Shown here: in pieces, positions 18,202 through 27,672 of the stretch
Position numbering within the stretch: the first letter of the stretch is position 1
How the letters are laid out: each line of letters opens with the position of its first letter
NCBI GenBank assembly: GCA_017536635.1
Contig: JAFXHA010000060.1
Coordinates: 6,030 to 70,029, forward strand
Length of the DNA stretch: 64,000 nucleotides
Origin: Clostridia bacterium
GTDB lineage: Bacteria; Bacillota; Clostridia; Oscillospirales; CAG-272
Reading direction: 5' to 3'
The notes under the pieces: model-generated
What the model saw: only the letters and a program-made list of their open reading frames with translations
Database searches by the model: none
Told to the model about the DNA's origin: nothing
Translations under genes and position numbers: made by a program

Positions 18202-19107
18202 TTATTTTATCTCAGGCTTCTTCTCCTTTCGGGAAAGATCGACCTGCGATATTATTATGCCCGCAAATATGACCGCGCAGCCAAGATATCCTATAAGGCT
18301 TATGCTGTCTATTCCGAATATCGCTCCGCCAATAGCGCTGAACACAGATTCGGTGGATAAAACTATCGCTGCGAGCGTGGGATTTACTCCCTTTTGACCT
18401 ATGACCTGCAAGGTATATCCCATTGCACCCGAAAATACTCCGCAATAAAGTATCATCATCTTTCCGTCCCAGATCGCAGAGATCGAAGGATCTTCAAAAG
18501 CGAACATCGCGACAAGTCCGAGCACGGCACACACCGCAAACTGTCCAAAGCAGAAATGAAAGGGGCGGATATCAGCGGCGAATCGGTCTATCACGATTAT
18601 GTGAGCTGCCCAGAAGAATGCACCGATCAGCAGCAATATCTCGCCTATACCGAAGCTCAGACCTTCGCCCGCCTTAAAGCAAAGCATACAAAGTCCTATT
18701 ATGGCAAGTGCGGCGCTTATCCAGACCTTGAGCTTTGTTTTTTGCTTAAATATTACGAAATATGCAACCGGTGTTATAACCGTATAAAGCGCCGTCATAA
18801 AGCCTGCCATTCCCGCGCTTGGTGTATATTGACAGCCAAACTGCTGGAGCGATGATGCAGTAAACAAAACTGCACCGGCAAGGATCGAGACCTTTAACGT
18901 CTTTTTTCTCTCCTGTGCTTTACTGCGTCCGCGCTCGAATACAAGCGCAAGCGGCAAAAGGCAGAGTGCGGACAGAGTAAATCTGAGACCTGTCATGGTG
19001 AAGGGATCTATGTGATCCATTCCCTCTACCTGTGCGACAAAGGCAAATCCCCATATTGCTGCGGTAAGTATAAGTATAAACAACGAGGATACTTTTCCAA
19101 GCTTCAT
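18202..19107 (-). CDS. DMT-superfamily (EamA-like) transporter
   Basis: 301 aa with about 10 predicted TM helices in two EamA-like halves. Confidence 0.85.
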   Translation of the reverse strand: MKLGKVSSLFILILTAAIWGFAFVAQVEGMDHIDPFTMTGLRFTLSALCLLPLALVFERGRSKAQERKKTLKVSILAGAVLFTASSLQQFGCQYTPSAGMAGFMTALYTVITPVAYFVIFKQKTKLKVWISAALAIIGLCMLCFKAGEGLSFGIGEILLLIGAFFWAAHIIVIDRFAADIRPFHFCFGQFAVCAVLGLVAMFAFEDPSISAIWDGKMMILYCGVFSGAMGYTLQVIGQKGVNPTLAAIVLSTESVFSAIGGAIFGIDSISLIGYLGCAVIFAGIIISQVDLSRKEKKPEIK

Positions 19108-19110
19108 TCG

Positions 19111-19836
19111 TTATTCTCCCGAGCTCTCTGTATTCTCATATTCTACGATAGCGCAGAACAACGTTTCTTCCTTAGCATAATGCTTCGCCTTGCTATTCTT
19201 ACCCATGCCCCAATTAGGACGGGCAAAGCAGATCACCGTATCCTCGGGTAGCACCTGCAACGCTTCATATTTTGCATAAATGTCGGTCTTACCGATAACT
19301 ATTCCGCACTCATTCACGAGCGCATCCTCGCTCACACCGTCGGTAAGCTCGGAAATGTTACGAAGTCTGTCATTTTTGTAAAGCGACTCGTAAAGCCACG
19401 GTGAGAGAAGCATTATCGAGCTTTCTCCCGTACCCGTGTATGTTCCGTAATTTTTATACTCCTCGGTATAAAACGCGCGGTTGACGAACAACGGCTTTCC
19501 ATCCGCATCGGTCTCGGCTTCAAGCGCCCTTATCTCATCCTCGGAAAGAACGTTATATGCGTTGATGCCTATTGCGTAACCCTCTTCTTCAACAAGATGC
19601 TCGAACACCTTCGTTATATTATCTCTCTCAGACTGATCAAGCGCCTCAGGTCCCGAATACATAACGAGCATATCGTTCGTTTTTTGCGTACACATCTGAA
19701 CCGTGCATACCGTAAAAACTATCAAAAAGAACAGAGTTATCAGCGTATGCCATTTATAATGATACCAGAAGTTATCGAGCTTTTTGAGCATAGGGCTCTG
19801 TACCTCGATACCCTCGGTATATTCCTTTTCGTTCAT
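19111..19836 (-). CDS. hypothetical membrane-anchored protein
   Basis: 241 aa with a single N-terminal TM (HTLITLFFLIVFTVCTVQM) and an acidic extracytoplasmic domain. I recognise no family. Confidence 0.7.
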   Translation of the reverse strand: MNEKEYTEGIEVQSPMLKKLDNFWYHYKWHTLITLFFLIVFTVCTVQMCTQKTNDMLVMYSGPEALDQSERDNITKVFEHLVEEEGYAIGINAYNVLSEDEIRALEAETDADGKPLFVNRAFYTEEYKNYGTYTGTGESSIMLLSPWLYESLYKNDRLRNISELTDGVSEDALVNECGIVIGKTDIYAKYEALQVLPEDTVICFARPNWGMGKNSKAKHYAKEETLFCAIVEYENTESSGE

Positions 19837-19859
19837 AAAAACCTCTGTAAATATCGTTA

Positions 19860-19893
19860 TTTGATAAGGGGTTACCGCAAAAACGGCAACCCC
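19860..19893 (-). terminator. hairpin downstream of greA (weak U-tract)
   Basis: Stem GGGGTTACCG/CGGCAACCCC with one mismatch and a 6-nt loop. Confidence 0.5.
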
Positions 19894-19900
19894 ATAGACG

Positions 19901-20374
19901 TTATTTTACTCTCGAAACCTCGAGTATCTTGAATGCTACTACACCGGATTTTGCCGTTATTTCTACCGTGTCGCCCTTCTTCTTGCCGAGAAGCGCTCTG
20001 CCTACGGGAGAAAGATCGGAGATCTTATTCTCGAAGGGATTAGCCTCGTTGGAGCCAACTATGCTGTACTCTACGGTCTCGCCGTTCTTGCTTACCTTTA
20101 CGAGCGAGCCGAGTCCGACTACCTTGGTGTCTATCTGGCTCTCGTCAATAACCTCAGCGTGCTGAATGAGCTCGTCAAGCTCCTTGATCCTTGCCTCGAC
20201 CTTTGCCTGCTCGTTTCTTGCCTCGTCGTACTCAGAGTTCTCGGAAAGGTCTCCGAAGGATCTTGCCTCGGCGATAGCGTTCTTAACTTCCTCGCGGCGT
20301 GTTTTTGTTAAATATTCATACTCGTCCTTGAGCTTCTGAAAGCCCTCTATCGTATACTTCTGTTTGGTAGCCAT
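19901..20374 (-). CDS. greA: transcription elongation factor GreA
   Basis: 157 aa with SFGDLSENSEYDEARNEQ in the coiled-coil and a C-terminal FKBP-like domain. Confidence 0.96.
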   Translation of the reverse strand: MATKQKYTIEGFQKLKDEYEYLTKTRREEVKNAIAEARSFGDLSENSEYDEARNEQAKVEARIKELDELIQHAEVIDESQIDTKVVGLGSLVKVSKNGETVEYSIVGSNEANPFENKISDLSPVGRALLGKKKGDTVEITAKSGVVAFKILEVSRVK

Positions 20375-20402
20375 TTCTTTTTCTCCTATGTGTTATATAT
20401 TT

Positions 20403-21860
20403 TTATTTGTTCAGACATTCTATTGCCTTTTGCAATTGGTCGTCTTTTTCGATCGGAAGCTCGTAAATATTATACTGCATCGCTTCCTCGGAAAGCTCTA
20501 CGCTGACGTCGGGAACGATTCCCTCTCCGTCGTAATTTTCTCCGCAGGGCGGATAGTAAAGCTTACTTGTATATTTAAGATATCCCTTAATGCCGAAGCG
20601 CTCGAGCGGAACGGTGCTCTGTGCCACTCCCTTGCCGTAGGTCGTTTTTCCTACCACCTCGCCAAGCTCGTGATCACGGAAGTTTGCGGTAAAGAGCTCT
20701 GCCGCGCTCGCGGTATTCTCGTTACAAAGAACAACCTTTTCATAATCGGCGTACTTTCCGATATCGCTTTCGGTAACCGTGCAGGGCTCATAATCGGTAT
20801 CGGTATAATCAGCAGCAGACGCCTTGATGACCTGCTTTGTGCCACTTACCGATTCCATGGTGATTATGATATCTCCTTTTTCAAGGAAGAAGCTCAGAGT
20901 GGAAACGATCGAGGTAAGCTCTCCGCCGGGATTGTTTCTCAGGTCGTAAACGAATCTGCGACAGCCACTCTCAATAAGTGAATCCATCGTTTGCGTAAAT
21001 TGAGCCGGGGTGTTTATATCAAAGGAATCTATCAGGACGTATCCGATATCGGTTCCGTCTATCACCTTTCCGCTGACCGACTCAACGTCGTACTTCGCGC
21101 GAGTTATATTTATCTCCACCGTGTAGAATTCGCCTTTTCCGTTATCTCGAAGAACCACGAATTCCGCCTCGGTGCCGGCTTCTCCGCGAAGCATATTTAC
21201 CGCCGCGGTATATCCGACGTCTCCGATATAAGTGGCATCCTCGCCCGTGCCTATCCAGGCGATGCGGTCTCCGACCTTCAGCTCGCTTGACGCCGCAGGT
21301 GAATCCTTAAATATCTTCAACACCTTTATGGTATTATACTCAACGCCGTTGACGTTTACGAAATCATTGAGCACGCTAACGCCTATACCCACCGATTCAC
21401 CGGCAACCGACGCCATAAACTCAAGGTATTCCTCCTCGGTATAAAACTCCGCGTACCTATCGCCCGTCTGTTCAACGAACGCCTTTATCACCGCGTTGAG
21501 CTGCTTTTCGTCATCAAGCTCCTCAAAGCCGTAATTTTCAAAAAACCATTCGAGCCTCTCAAGGGCATCGTATTTACCCTCGGGCTCGAAGCTGCCCATC
21601 AGCGCGCCGTCAAGCTTTGCGTCGGCAAGCTTTTTCTGGAATATACTGCTGCTGACGGTATAAGTCAGCATAATTGCCGCAAGCACAAGTGCTACTGCCG
21701 AGCATATAAAGGTCGAAAGCGTTACCGTCCTCAGCTTTTTGGGCTTTGCGCGCTCCGCCTTTTCCTCAGCCTCGGCGGGCTCTATAAGCTCAAACGGCTT
21801 TATCGGCTCGCTCGGCTGATCCTCGGGGCTGTTTTCAATATTTTTATTTTCTTCTGACAT
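20403..21860 (-). CDS. S41-family carboxyl-terminal processing protease with N-terminal membrane anchor
   Basis: 485 aa with a TM (FICSAVALVLAAIMLTY), a PDZ-like region, and S41 motifs DLRNNPGGEL and NENTASAAELF. Confidence 0.88.
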   Translation of the reverse strand: MSEENKNIENSPEDQPSEPIKPFELIEPAEAEEKAERAKPKKLRTVTLSTFICSAVALVLAAIMLTYTVSSSIFQKKLADAKLDGALMGSFEPEGKYDALERLEWFFENYGFEELDDEKQLNAVIKAFVEQTGDRYAEFYTEEEYLEFMASVAGESVGIGVSVLNDFVNVNGVEYNTIKVLKIFKDSPAASSELKVGDRIAWIGTGEDATYIGDVGYTAAVNMLRGEAGTEAEFVVLRDNGKGEFYTVEINITRAKYDVESVSGKVIDGTDIGYVLIDSFDINTPAQFTQTMDSLIESGCRRFVYDLRNNPGGELTSIVSTLSFFLEKGDIIITMESVSGTKQVIKASAADYTDTDYEPCTVTESDIGKYADYEKVVLCNENTASAAELFTANFRDHELGEVVGKTTYGKGVAQSTVPLERFGIKGYLKYTSKLYYPPCGENYDGEGIVPDVSVELSEEAMQYNIYELPIEKDDQLQKAIECLNK

Positions 21861-21944
21861 TTCGAAATTTTCTCCTTTTTTAATTTTACCGAAGGAACGG
21901 GAAAATCAAATGTCGTTTTTTGCGGTACTAAAAAACATTCAAAA

Positions 21945-21974
21945 GCGAAATACTCTCATATGAGAGTATTCCGC
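21945..21974 (-). terminator. intrinsic terminator after PucR-family regulator gene
   Basis: Perfect palindrome AATACTCTCATATGAGAGTATT within GCGAAATACTCTCATATGAGAGTATTCCGC. Confidence 0.7.
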
Positions 21975-21985
21975 AAAAGAGTCGG

Positions 21986-23071
21986 TTAAAACTTAACAGG
22001 CTTGGAATCGAGATATTTTCTTACCATCAAGGCTACCTTGAAGGTTATTGCGTGCTCAAACTCACGGAGATCAAGTCCGGTGAGCTTGCGTATCTTTTCA
22101 AGTCTGTAAACGAGAGTATTTCTGTGAACGAAGAGCTTTCTCGAGGTCTCGGATACGTTGAGGTTGTTCTCGAAGAAGCACTGGATAGTCATAAGAGTTT
22201 CTCTATCGAGCGACTCAAGATTACCCTTCTTGAATACCTCCTGCAAGAACATCTCGCAGAGGGTGGTGGGAAGCTGATAAATAAGTCTTCCGATTCCGAG
22301 ATTCTCATAGCTGATGATATTTTTCTCGGTCTCAAATACCTTGCCTACCTCAAGAGCGACCTGCGCCTCCTGATATGCCTTGGCAAGATCCTTTATATGA
22401 TCGACAACGGTAGATATACCGATCGATACCTTTGTATAAAATTCGGTTGAAATAGTGTCTGCGATGTTTACGGCGATCTTCTCGATCTCCTTCATATCGA
22501 TTCCGCTCTTGAGCTCCTTAACGAGAACGATGTCGTGCTCGCCTACGCTGATAACGTAATCCTTGGACTTGTCGGGGAACATATTCTGGAGCATCTCAAA
22601 GGGCATCATATCGGTCTTTCCGTGGAACTTGATGAGGAATACTATTCTCGGCTCCTCATTGTTGAAATGAAGCTCTCTGGACTTTATGTAGATATCGCTG
22701 GGAAGAATGTTGTCGAGAATGATATTTTTGATAAACGAGCCCTTGTCGTATTTCTCGTCGTAAAGGCTCTTGATATTACCGAGTGAAACAGCAAGAAGCT
22801 TTGACATCTTCTCTGCCATCTTATCCTCGCCCTCAATAAATACGATGTACTCATTCTTCTGACCTACGCCCATATATCTGTAAGTGTAGCCCTCGAACAC
22901 CATAAAGTCGGACGAGAAGGAAAGCTCCTCGCGAATACCCTTTCTGACATCTCCCATCTTGCCGAGATCAGAACAGGATATAACGACGCCGTTTTCATCG
23001 ATGACTCCAATGATTCTATCGAAGGAGTCTTTCATCTGATAAATAACGCCCTGAAACAATCTGTTTGACAT
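21986..23071 (-). CDS. PucR/CdaR-family transcriptional regulator
   Basis: 361 aa. C-terminal PucR-type HTH is LNVSETSRKLFVHRNTLVYRLEKIRKLTGLDL. Confidence 0.85.
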   Translation of the reverse strand: MSNRLFQGVIYQMKDSFDRIIGVIDENGVVISCSDLGKMGDVRKGIREELSFSSDFMVFEGYTYRYMGVGQKNEYIVFIEGEDKMAEKMSKLLAVSLGNIKSLYDEKYDKGSFIKNIILDNILPSDIYIKSRELHFNNEEPRIVFLIKFHGKTDMMPFEMLQNMFPDKSKDYVISVGEHDIVLVKELKSGIDMKEIEKIAVNIADTISTEFYTKVSIGISTVVDHIKDLAKAYQEAQVALEVGKVFETEKNIISYENLGIGRLIYQLPTTLCEMFLQEVFKKGNLESLDRETLMTIQCFFENNLNVSETSRKLFVHRNTLVYRLEKIRKLTGLDLREFEHAITFKVALMVRKYLDSKPVKF

Positions 23072-23126
23072 ATTTTAACCTCTCAAATGTAAAATTAACG
23101 AATATAAATTGTGTATACTGTCCTAT

Positions 23127-23205
23127 ATTATATACTATTTTTTGTGATTTTTCAATAGGTTTTTTAATATTTTTTATAATTTTTTTTATTTTTTTTGATT
23201 TTTTT
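23127..23205 (-). promoter_or_regulatory. sigma-A promoter (TTGAAA-17-TATAAT) preceded by helically phased A-tracts
   Basis: Minus strand has TTGAAA at 23150-23155 and TATAAT at 23127-23132. Plus-strand T5-T8 tracts start at 23138, 23148, 23160, 23170, 23180, 23189 and 23199. Confidence 0.65.
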
Positions 23206-23237
23206 GTATCTAATTGCCAATCTTGTCAAACAGACGG

Positions 23238-23996
23238 TTATATAAGCTCTGTTTTGCACACTATGCAGGACAGGACAAACCCCGATGCAGTCTCGGTCCG
23301 AAGTATTCTTTTACCGAGTCCCGTGCATATCATACCGCGCGCAAGCGCGTCATCCACTTCTCTTTGAGAGAAGCCGCCCTCGCTGCCTATGACTATTGCA
23401 ACAGACGGATATTCTCCATTCTCGCCACGCACCATTCTATCCTCAAGTATCCTTCCGAGCGGTACAGTTCCCTCTCCCTCATAGCAAAAGAGCGCGAGAT
23501 CATATTCGGATGCCATTGAGAGCATATCGCTAAAGCTCACGGTGCGGCGAACCGTCGGCAAAAGACTTCTTTTGCACTGCTTTGCCGCCTCAGCCGCGAT
23601 TCGCGCACGGCGCTCGGTCTTTCTATCCTCTGCATCAGCCTTTGCTCTTACCACGCATCTTTCGCTCTCAAAGGGTACTATCTCGCTCGCTCCGCATTCG
23701 ACCGCCTTTTGTATAACGGTATCGAGCTTATCCGCCTTCGGAAGCGCCTGAAACAGAGCTATCCTGCAGGGCGGCTCATTTTGGGACGTCTTTTTGGCTT
23801 CGATCCTGAGCGCTACCCTTTTATCGTCCTCGAAGCTCTCTATTATACAGTCGTACTCATCTCCGTTCATATCGCAGACGGTTACTCTGTCTCCCGTTGC
23901 CATTCTCAGCGATCGCGCGATATGATGCGCATCGTCGCCCACAATATTTACAAAACCGTTTTCTATCTGATCGTTCTTAATAAAAAATCGCGGCAT
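23238..23996 (-). CDS. rsmE: 16S rRNA (uracil1498-N3)-methyltransferase
   Basis: Start at ATG 23996 (MPRFFIKND, SD GGGGAGA). C-terminal motifs are GSEGGFSQREV and LGKRILRTETA. Confidence 0.9.
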   Translation of the reverse strand: MPRFFIKNDQIENGFVNIVGDDAHHIARSLRMATGDRVTVCDMNGDEYDCIIESFEDDKRVALRIEAKKTSQNEPPCRIALFQALPKADKLDTVIQKAVECGASEIVPFESERCVVRAKADAEDRKTERRARIAAEAAKQCKRSLLPTVRRTVSFSDMLSMASEYDLALFCYEGEGTVPLGRILEDRMVRGENGEYPSVAIVIGSEGGFSQREVDDALARGMICTGLGKRILRTETASGFVLSCIVCKTELI

Positions 23997-24117
23997 AATT
24001 TCTCCCCTGCTACGTGATTTTACTTTAATTAACATTATATCATTTTTGCTGTCGATTATCAAGAGGATTTTGTCGATTTGTTGTCGTAACGTGTATAATT
24101 ATATTTTATTTATTTTC

Positions 24118-24146
24118 TTGACACGGAAAGCTTGATATGGTATAAT
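24118..24146 (+). promoter_or_regulatory. sigma-A promoter (TTGACA-17-TATAAT with TG extension)
   Basis: TTGACA at 24118-24123 and TGGTATAAT ending at 24146, about 60 nt upstream of ATG 24209. Confidence 0.7.
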
Positions 24147-24208
24147 TGTTTTGTATATGGATTCGTTCCGTTATACAAATACGGTTGATCTGAAAGGAAA
24201 ACTAAAAT

Positions 24209-25531
24209 ATGTCTGACCTATCGATCAAGAGAAAGGGATTATGGTCAAACTCCGATCCCCTGACACCAAAGCAAAACAAAATAATAAATATATTTTTCTA
24301 CGCAATTCTTTTCACCACGTTCTTTGCGATGGTCGGTATTATTCTGTACCTGGTTTTTGCCTTTGCCGCAAAGAGCGCAGGCAGTATGACGCACGATTGG
24401 CTACTCGGTATCTTCTCGGATTTTGTTTTCATAATGAACGTCTCGCTTGAGGAAAGTCCGTATCTGGTCGAGGATTCGTCCTATCCCCCGCTCGCTATTG
24501 CGATACTCACTCCCTTCGCGCTTATTTGCAAGGACGTATTCGCAAGCTACTCGGGTATGCTTCTGACGGTAGACGAGCTTACCTCGCGTGTGATTCTTCA
24601 CCCTCAGTTCTGGATATCTATCATTCTGTTCTTCCTCGTTTGCTCGCTCGCCATCATATTTATAGTAATAAAAATGTACCGCTTGCCGCGCATACCGTCA
24701 ATAAAGGTCGCGATGATGACCGTGGCATCCGCCCCGTTCGTCTTTGCCGTGATGAGAGGTAACACGATATACTTTGCGTTCATATTCCTGCTGCTGTTTC
24801 TCTTGCTCTACGAGCATCCGAAGGCTTGGGTACGCGAGATCGGCTATTTGTGTCTGGTAATTGCGGGACTTATAAAGATATATCCGCTGTTCTTCGGCGT
24901 ATATCTGCTTCACAAGAAAAAGATATTCGCGTCGGTGCGCATAGCTATCTATTACTTTGCTCTGTTCTTCATATCCTTCTTCCTTTTCGAAGGCGGACTG
25001 AACGACCTTGAGCCGTTTATTGAGAATCTCGGCGGATTTGCAAGCAACGAGGAAAGATTCCTAAAGATGAATAATCTGTCTATTACGTCGTTTATTTTCA
25101 GAATATTCTATCTTATCTCGCCCGATCTTGCAAACGGTGAAACGTTTAATATTATAAACTACGCCGTGCTTGCACTTACGATGATCGTGGCAACCGTTGC
25201 CGGAATCGGCGCAAAAAACAATTTCACCCGTGCGGTGATCGCGTCGTCGATAATCATTCTTATTCCATCGATATCCTATTTCTACGTACTGATATTCATT
25301 CTGATACCCTTTATGGAATTCGTCAAGGCTTACGAGACCTTTGAAAAGACCGAGACGACACTGTACGTCATAATATTTATGTTCCTTTTCTGCACGTTTG
25401 CGCTACTGCCGCAGTCCTATCTGCTGCATACGGTGGCGGTATTCGCAATGCTCGCTATAGAGTGCAAGCGCTCGTTTAAGAAAGACATAATTCCCTATTT
25501 TAAAAATAAAAAAGCACTAAAAGAAGCATGA
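24209..25531 (+). CDS. polytopic membrane protein, GT-C-fold glycosyltransferase-like (DUF2029/GT87-like)
   Basis: 440 aa with more than 10 TM helices. It has an SSYPPLA loop motif and a GLIKIYPLFF motif, as in polyprenol-phosphate-sugar-dependent GT-C enzymes. The family assignment rests on motif memory only. Confidence 0.55.
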   Translation: MSDLSIKRKGLWSNSDPLTPKQNKIINIFFYAILFTTFFAMVGIILYLVFAFAAKSAGSMTHDWLLGIFSDFVFIMNVSLEESPYLVEDSSYPPLAIAILTPFALICKDVFASYSGMLLTVDELTSRVILHPQFWISIILFFLVCSLAIIFIVIKMYRLPRIPSIKVAMMTVASAPFVFAVMRGNTIYFAFIFLLLFLLLYEHPKAWVREIGYLCLVIAGLIKIYPLFFGVYLLHKKKIFASVRIAIYYFALFFISFFLFEGGLNDLEPFIENLGGFASNEERFLKMNNLSITSFIFRIFYLISPDLANGETFNIINYAVLALTMIVATVAGIGAKNNFTRAVIASSIIILIPSISYFYVLIFILIPFMEFVKAYETFEKTETTLYVIIFMFLFCTFALLPQSYLLHTVAVFAMLAIECKRSFKKDIIPYFKNKKALKEA

Positions 25532-25532
25532 T

Positions 25533-25563
25533 ATAACGCCCGTGTAAACTACACGGGCGTTAT
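25533..25563 (+). terminator. intrinsic terminator after GT-C-like gene
   Basis: 13-bp stem ATAACGCCCGTGT/ACACGGGCGTTAT with a 5-nt loop. Confidence 0.75.
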
Positions 25564-25573
25564 AATTTAATTA

Positions 25574-25602
25574 TTGACATTTCCCATCGGGCGAGTTATA
25601 AT
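25574..25602 (+). promoter_or_regulatory. perfect consensus sigma-A promoter (TTGACA-17-TATAAT)
   Basis: TTGACA at 25574-25579 and TATAAT at 25597-25602, 31 nt upstream of ATG 25634. Confidence 0.75.
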
Positions 25603-25633
25603 ATTTATATTGATTTTATTTGGGAGATATTTT

Positions 25634-26944
25634 ATGCACAGAGAGCTTTCAAAATTTATAATATACAGAGACGTTAGCGGCAAGAGTATTTTGTCGGCGC
25701 TCGGAGAAATCTTTGAAAAATTCGAAAACAAGAGCGAGACGCCCGAAAAGCTGCGCAGCGAAATATACGCGCAGATACGCAGGCTGCTTGAAGTCGCGAC
25801 CAAGTACGGATTTGACAAAAATCTCTGGCACAACTATCTCGCGTTTCTCATCATAACAGACGAAAACCCCTTCAGCCTCACCTATGAAAAGGCGGGAAAG
25901 CAGGAAGGTACGGTAAACTCCTTCGCTATAAACGATTTTGGCGTTTGGGGACGTCTTTTTGATTTTGATTTTTCAGAGATCGAGCGTGAGCTCTCGATCA
26001 ACTGCTTTTCCACGATATCCAATTACACGGCGATATCCAAGCGCGAGCAGATATTCAACAAGAACGTAAGCGAAAAGGTACGCGCGCTCAGCGAAAAAAT
26101 TGAGAGCTGCCACGGCGGCGAGGAAATATTTGAGGCGGTTGCCGAGTTCTACAAGGAATGGGGTGTCGGAATGTTCGGACTTAACAAGGCGTTCAGAATA
26201 CAGACCGAACGAAACGAGGTATCCTTCCTGCCGATCACAAATATGGAGCCTGTGCTTCTTTCCGACCTTATCGGATACGAGCTGCAAAAGCAGGCGCTCG
26301 TTGCCAACACCGAAGCATTCGTATGCGGCAGAAGCGCTAATAACGTACTGCTCTACGGCGACAGCGGAACGGGAAAATCCACAAGCATCAAGGCTATCGT
26401 CAATCAGTTCTACGACAAAGGTCTCAGAATGATAGAGATCTACAAGCATCAGTTTGAGTATCTTTCAACTGTGATCTCACAGATAAAGAACAGAAACTAC
26501 AAGTTCATTATATATATGGACGACCTATCCTTTGAGGAGCAGGAGATAGAATACAAATATCTCAAGGCTATAATTGAGGGCGGTGTTGAAACCAAGCCCG
26601 ACAACATACTCATTTACGCTACCTCTAACCGCCGTCATCTTATCCGCGAGACCTGGAACGACAGGCAGGATTCGGTATATCACGAGGACATTCACAAAAA
26701 CGAGACGATGGAAGAAAAGCTCTCGCTCGTCAACCGTTTCGGACTTTCCATCGGCTATATGAAGCCCTCGCGCGACGAATTCGACAATATGGTGCTTGAG
26801 CTTGCCGCAAAACGCGGTGATATAAGGCTTACCAAAGAGGAGCTCTTGCTCGAGGCGCACAAATTCGAGCTCCGCGGCGGCGGTATATCGGGACGCACCG
26901 CTCAGCAATTTATAAATCATATCTACGGAAAGACAAATCAATGA
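25634..26944 (+). CDS. DUF815-type AAA-like ATPase with ~190-aa N-terminal domain
   Basis: Start at ATG 25634 (SD GGGAGA). Walker A is LLYGDSGTGKST and Walker B is FIIYMDDLSFEE, followed by ATSNRRHL. This matches the DUF815 pattern from memory. Confidence 0.8.
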   Translation: MHRELSKFIIYRDVSGKSILSALGEIFEKFENKSETPEKLRSEIYAQIRRLLEVATKYGFDKNLWHNYLAFLIITDENPFSLTYEKAGKQEGTVNSFAINDFGVWGRLFDFDFSEIERELSINCFSTISNYTAISKREQIFNKNVSEKVRALSEKIESCHGGEEIFEAVAEFYKEWGVGMFGLNKAFRIQTERNEVSFLPITNMEPVLLSDLIGYELQKQALVANTEAFVCGRSANNVLLYGDSGTGKSTSIKAIVNQFYDKGLRMIEIYKHQFEYLSTVISQIKNRNYKFIIYMDDLSFEEQEIEYKYLKAIIEGGVETKPDNILIYATSNRRHLIRETWNDRQDSVYHEDIHKNETMEEKLSLVNRFGLSIGYMKPSRDEFDNMVLELAAKRGDIRLTKEELLLEAHKFELRGGGISGRTAQQFINHIYGKTNQ

Positions 26945-27633
26945 ACGACAGCAACTTGAAAAAGTATATATTCTTCCAGGAGATAGCGTATCTTGTGGGA
27001 ATATTCCTCATAGAACTCAGCATATCCTTTATGACTAAGGCTGATTTCGGTCTGTCTATGATAATTGCGCCCGCATATATACTTCACCTGAAAATATCCG
27101 AATTCCTTCCCTTCTTCACTATGGGAATGGCAAGCTACACGCTTCAGTTCTTGCTCATAATCTCCATTATAATAATAACGAGAAGGTTCAAGCTATCCTA
27201 TTTCTTCGCCTTCGTTACCTCGGTGGTCTGCGGAGTTTTGCTTGACGGGATAAATCTCTGCCTTGCGGGTGTCAGCTTTGACACGCTGGCGTTGAGGATA
27301 ATAATGTTCTTTGTCGGTGTAGTTATTTGCGCATTCGGAGTGGCGCTTATGTTCAGAACTTATATCGCGCCTGAGGCGTATGACCTGTTCGTCAAGGAGA
27401 TCTCGACGCATTTCGGTATCAACACCTCGAAGTTCAAAACGGCGTACGACCTTTCCAGCCTTACCGTTGCGATAATTCTTTCATTCTCACTTTTCGGACT
27501 GTTCACCTTTAACGGCGTAAATATAGGCACGCTGGTATGTGCCCTGCTCAACGGACCGCTGATAGGTGCTTTCGGAAAGATATTCGATAGGCATTTCGAG
27601 TTCAAGCCGATGCTGAAATTTGCGAAAAGATAA
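26941..27633 (+). CDS. YczE/YyaS-like integral membrane protein
   Basis: 230 aa with about 6 TM helices. Its ATG overlaps the upstream stop (ATGA), so translational coupling is likely. Confidence 0.7.
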   Translation: MNDSNLKKYIFFQEIAYLVGIFLIELSISFMTKADFGLSMIIAPAYILHLKISEFLPFFTMGMASYTLQFLLIISIIIITRRFKLSYFFAFVTSVVCGVLLDGINLCLAGVSFDTLALRIIMFFVGVVICAFGVALMFRTYIAPEAYDLFVKEISTHFGINTSKFKTAYDLSSLTVAIILSFSLFGLFTFNGVNIGTLVCALLNGPLIGAFGKIFDRHFEFKPMLKFAKR

Positions 27634-27672
27634 AAAAACAGAGCTGTGTTAAAAACACAGCTCTGTTTTTTA
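27632..27672. terminator. bidirectional intrinsic terminator
   Basis: 12-bp stem CAGAGCTGTGTT/AACACAGCTCTG with a 3-nt loop, flanked by A7 and T6. It separates convergent genes. Confidence 0.85.
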
